Below, one piece after another: positions 62,603-64,000 of a DNA stretch of 64,000 bases. Both the position numbers and the translations under genes were made by a program. The stretch is from an uncultured Gemmatimonadales bacterium (GTDB lineage: Bacteria > Gemmatimonadota > Gemmatimonadetes > Gemmatimonadales > Gemmatimonadaceae), in assembly GCA_963707505.1 (NCBI GenBank), contig CAVPQB010000004.1, positions 608,001 through 672,000 on the forward strand. Direction: 5' to 3'. Numbering within the stretch: position 1 is the first letter of the stretch; each line of letters opens with the position of its first letter. Under the pieces are notes generated by a model that saw only the letters and a list, made by a program, of their open reading frames with translations, ran no database searches and had not been told where the DNA came from.

Positions 62603-64000
62603 ATGGCAATCAATCCCGAGCTGTACATCAACCGAGAGCTGAGCTGGCTCGCGTTCAACGCTCGTGTGCTCAACGAGGCGTTCGACGCGCGCAACCCCTT
62701 GCTCGAGCGGCTCAAATTTCTCTCGATCTTCAGCACGAACCTCGACGAGTTCTACATGGTTCGCGTTGCGGGCTTGCGGCGCCAGCTTCTCGCCGGCGTG
62801 ACAGCGCCGAGCGGACCCGATGGCATGGTGCCGGCAGAGCTGGTGAGCGCCATTCGCGCGCGCATTCTCGAGCTGGTGGGAATGCAACAGCACTGCCTCC
62901 ACGATATTCTGCTTCCGACGCTCGAAACGCACGGCGTGCGGCTCGTGACGATGAGCGAGCTCAGTGCCGGCGAGTGGCAGACGGTGGATGACTTCTTCGA
63001 GTCCGATATCTTCCCGGTTCTGACGCCGCTTGCTGTCGATCCGACGCATCCGTTTCCGTACATCTCGAACCTCTCGTTGTCGCTCGCGGTACAGCTGTAT
63101 GATCCTGACAACAAGGTCGAGCGCTTTGCGCGCGTCAAGATTCCGAAGAGTCTGCCGCGTTGGGTAGGCATCGGGCGCGCAAGTCATTTCGTCCCGGTGG
63201 AGCAGGTGATAAGCGCGAACCTCGGCGCGCTGTTCCCGGGCATGGAGATTCTCGGAAGCTGGGCGTTCCGCGTAACGCGCTACTCCGATCTCGAAGTGAA
63301 GGCGTCGGACGAGACCGAGGATTTGCTGACGGCGATCGAGGAGCAGGTATTTCAGCGCAGATTCACCGAAGTCGTGCGCGTCGAAGTGCAGACGGGTGTG
63401 CCGGATGAGATCCGCGCCATTCTCGTGGACGAGCTGCGCGAGGAGCAGACCCTGGAGTTCGCGCTCACGCCGGAAGACGTCGTGGATGGCGGCGCGTTAC
63501 TCGAATTGGGCGACCTGATGGCGCTCGCGACGCTGGACATTCCCGAGCTGCGTGATCCGCCGTTCGCTCCGGTGACACCGGTGCGCCTGCGCGATACCAC
63601 GCGCTCGATCTTCGACGTGATCAAGGAGCGCGACCTGCTGGTGCATCATCCGTACGAGTCGTTCACCGCCAGCGTGGAACAGTTTGTCCAGGCCGCAGCG
63701 GTCGATCCCGACGTGCTCGCGATCAAGATGACGCTGTACCGAACCTCAGGTGACACGCCGATCGTACGTGCATTGACGGATGCCGCCGAGCGGGGGAAGC
63801 AGGTAGCGGTCCTGGTCGAGCTTCAGGCACGGTTTGACGAAGCGAACAACATCACCTGGGCGCGCACGCTGGAAGATTATGGGGTGCATGTCGCTTACGG
63901 ATTGCCGGGACTCAAGACTCACGCCAAGACCACGCTCGTCGTGCGCCGTGAGCCTGACGGCATTCGTAGATACGTGCACGTCGGAACGGGCAACTACAAT
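62603..64000 (+). CDS. ppk1: Polyphosphate kinase 1 (runs off the window end)
   Basis: Manual translation gives INRELSWLAFNARVL, NLDEFYMVRVAG, HPFPYISN, HHPYESF, KMTLYR, ARFDEANN, KTHAK and GTGNYN. Confidence 0.95.
   Translation, partial: MAINPELYINRELSWLAFNARVLNEAFDARNPLLERLKFLSIFSTNLDEFYMVRVAGLRRQLLAGVTAPSGPDGMVPAELVSAIRARILELVGMQQHCLHDILLPTLETHGVRLVTMSELSAGEWQTVDDFFESDIFPVLTPLAVDPTHPFPYISNLSLSLAVQLYDPDNKVERFARVKIPKSLPRWVGIGRASHFVPVEQVISANLGALFPGMEILGSWAFRVTRYSDLEVKASDETEDLLTAIEEQVFQRRFTEVVRVEVQTGVPDEIRAILVDELREEQTLEFALTPEDVVDGGALLELGDLMALATLDIPELRDPPFAPVTPVRLRDTTRSIFDVIKERDLLVHHPYESFTASVEQFVQAAAVDPDVLAIKMTLYRTSGDTPIVRALTDAAERGKQVAVLVELQARFDEANNITWARTLEDYGVHVAYGLPGLKTHAKTTLVVRREPDGIRRYVHVGTGNYN

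Overview
This 64 kb window comes from a GC-rich bacterium, most likely Gemmatimonadota (inferred from gene style: PEP-CTERM protein, Oar-like TonB receptor, carboxypeptidase-regulatory-like proteins, lineage-type TonB C-terminus). It is mostly housekeeping: metB-like gene, glmM/glmS, mscL, dtd, maf, LPS heptosyltransferase and Kdo kinase, trpE, tig-clpP-clpX-lon-engB, folE, tRNA-Leu(UAG), degP, dnaK and DUF47-pit-ppk1. Accessory parts: (1) an arsenic/metal cluster (Cys-rich small protein, acr3 behind two ATCAA-N6-TTGAT boxes, CGC metallophosphoesterase, ABC exporter, double-cupredoxin lipoprotein); (2) a DUF2946/CruR-like Met/His/Cys-rich leader ORF ending in LPFANGPP in front of a TonB-dependent receptor, followed by an interrupted TonB; (3) a more AT-rich islet (~35.3-39.95 kb) encoding a secreted 6-Cys peptide with a C-C-CC-C-C framework, divergent from a broken DsbA; (4) a PilB/GspE ATPase fused in frame to a Nudix hydrolase; (5) a RAYT transposase between clpP and clpX that carries its own REP and four 24-bp repeats inside its reading frame, with related REPs elsewhere; (6) a Rieske/FAD reductase-folE operon divergent from a Cys-rich regulator. 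The 41.7-46.1 kb stretch, and probably 39.2-39.7 kb, is dense with single-base indels that look like assembly errors. All calls come from reading motifs by eye; no database searches were run.
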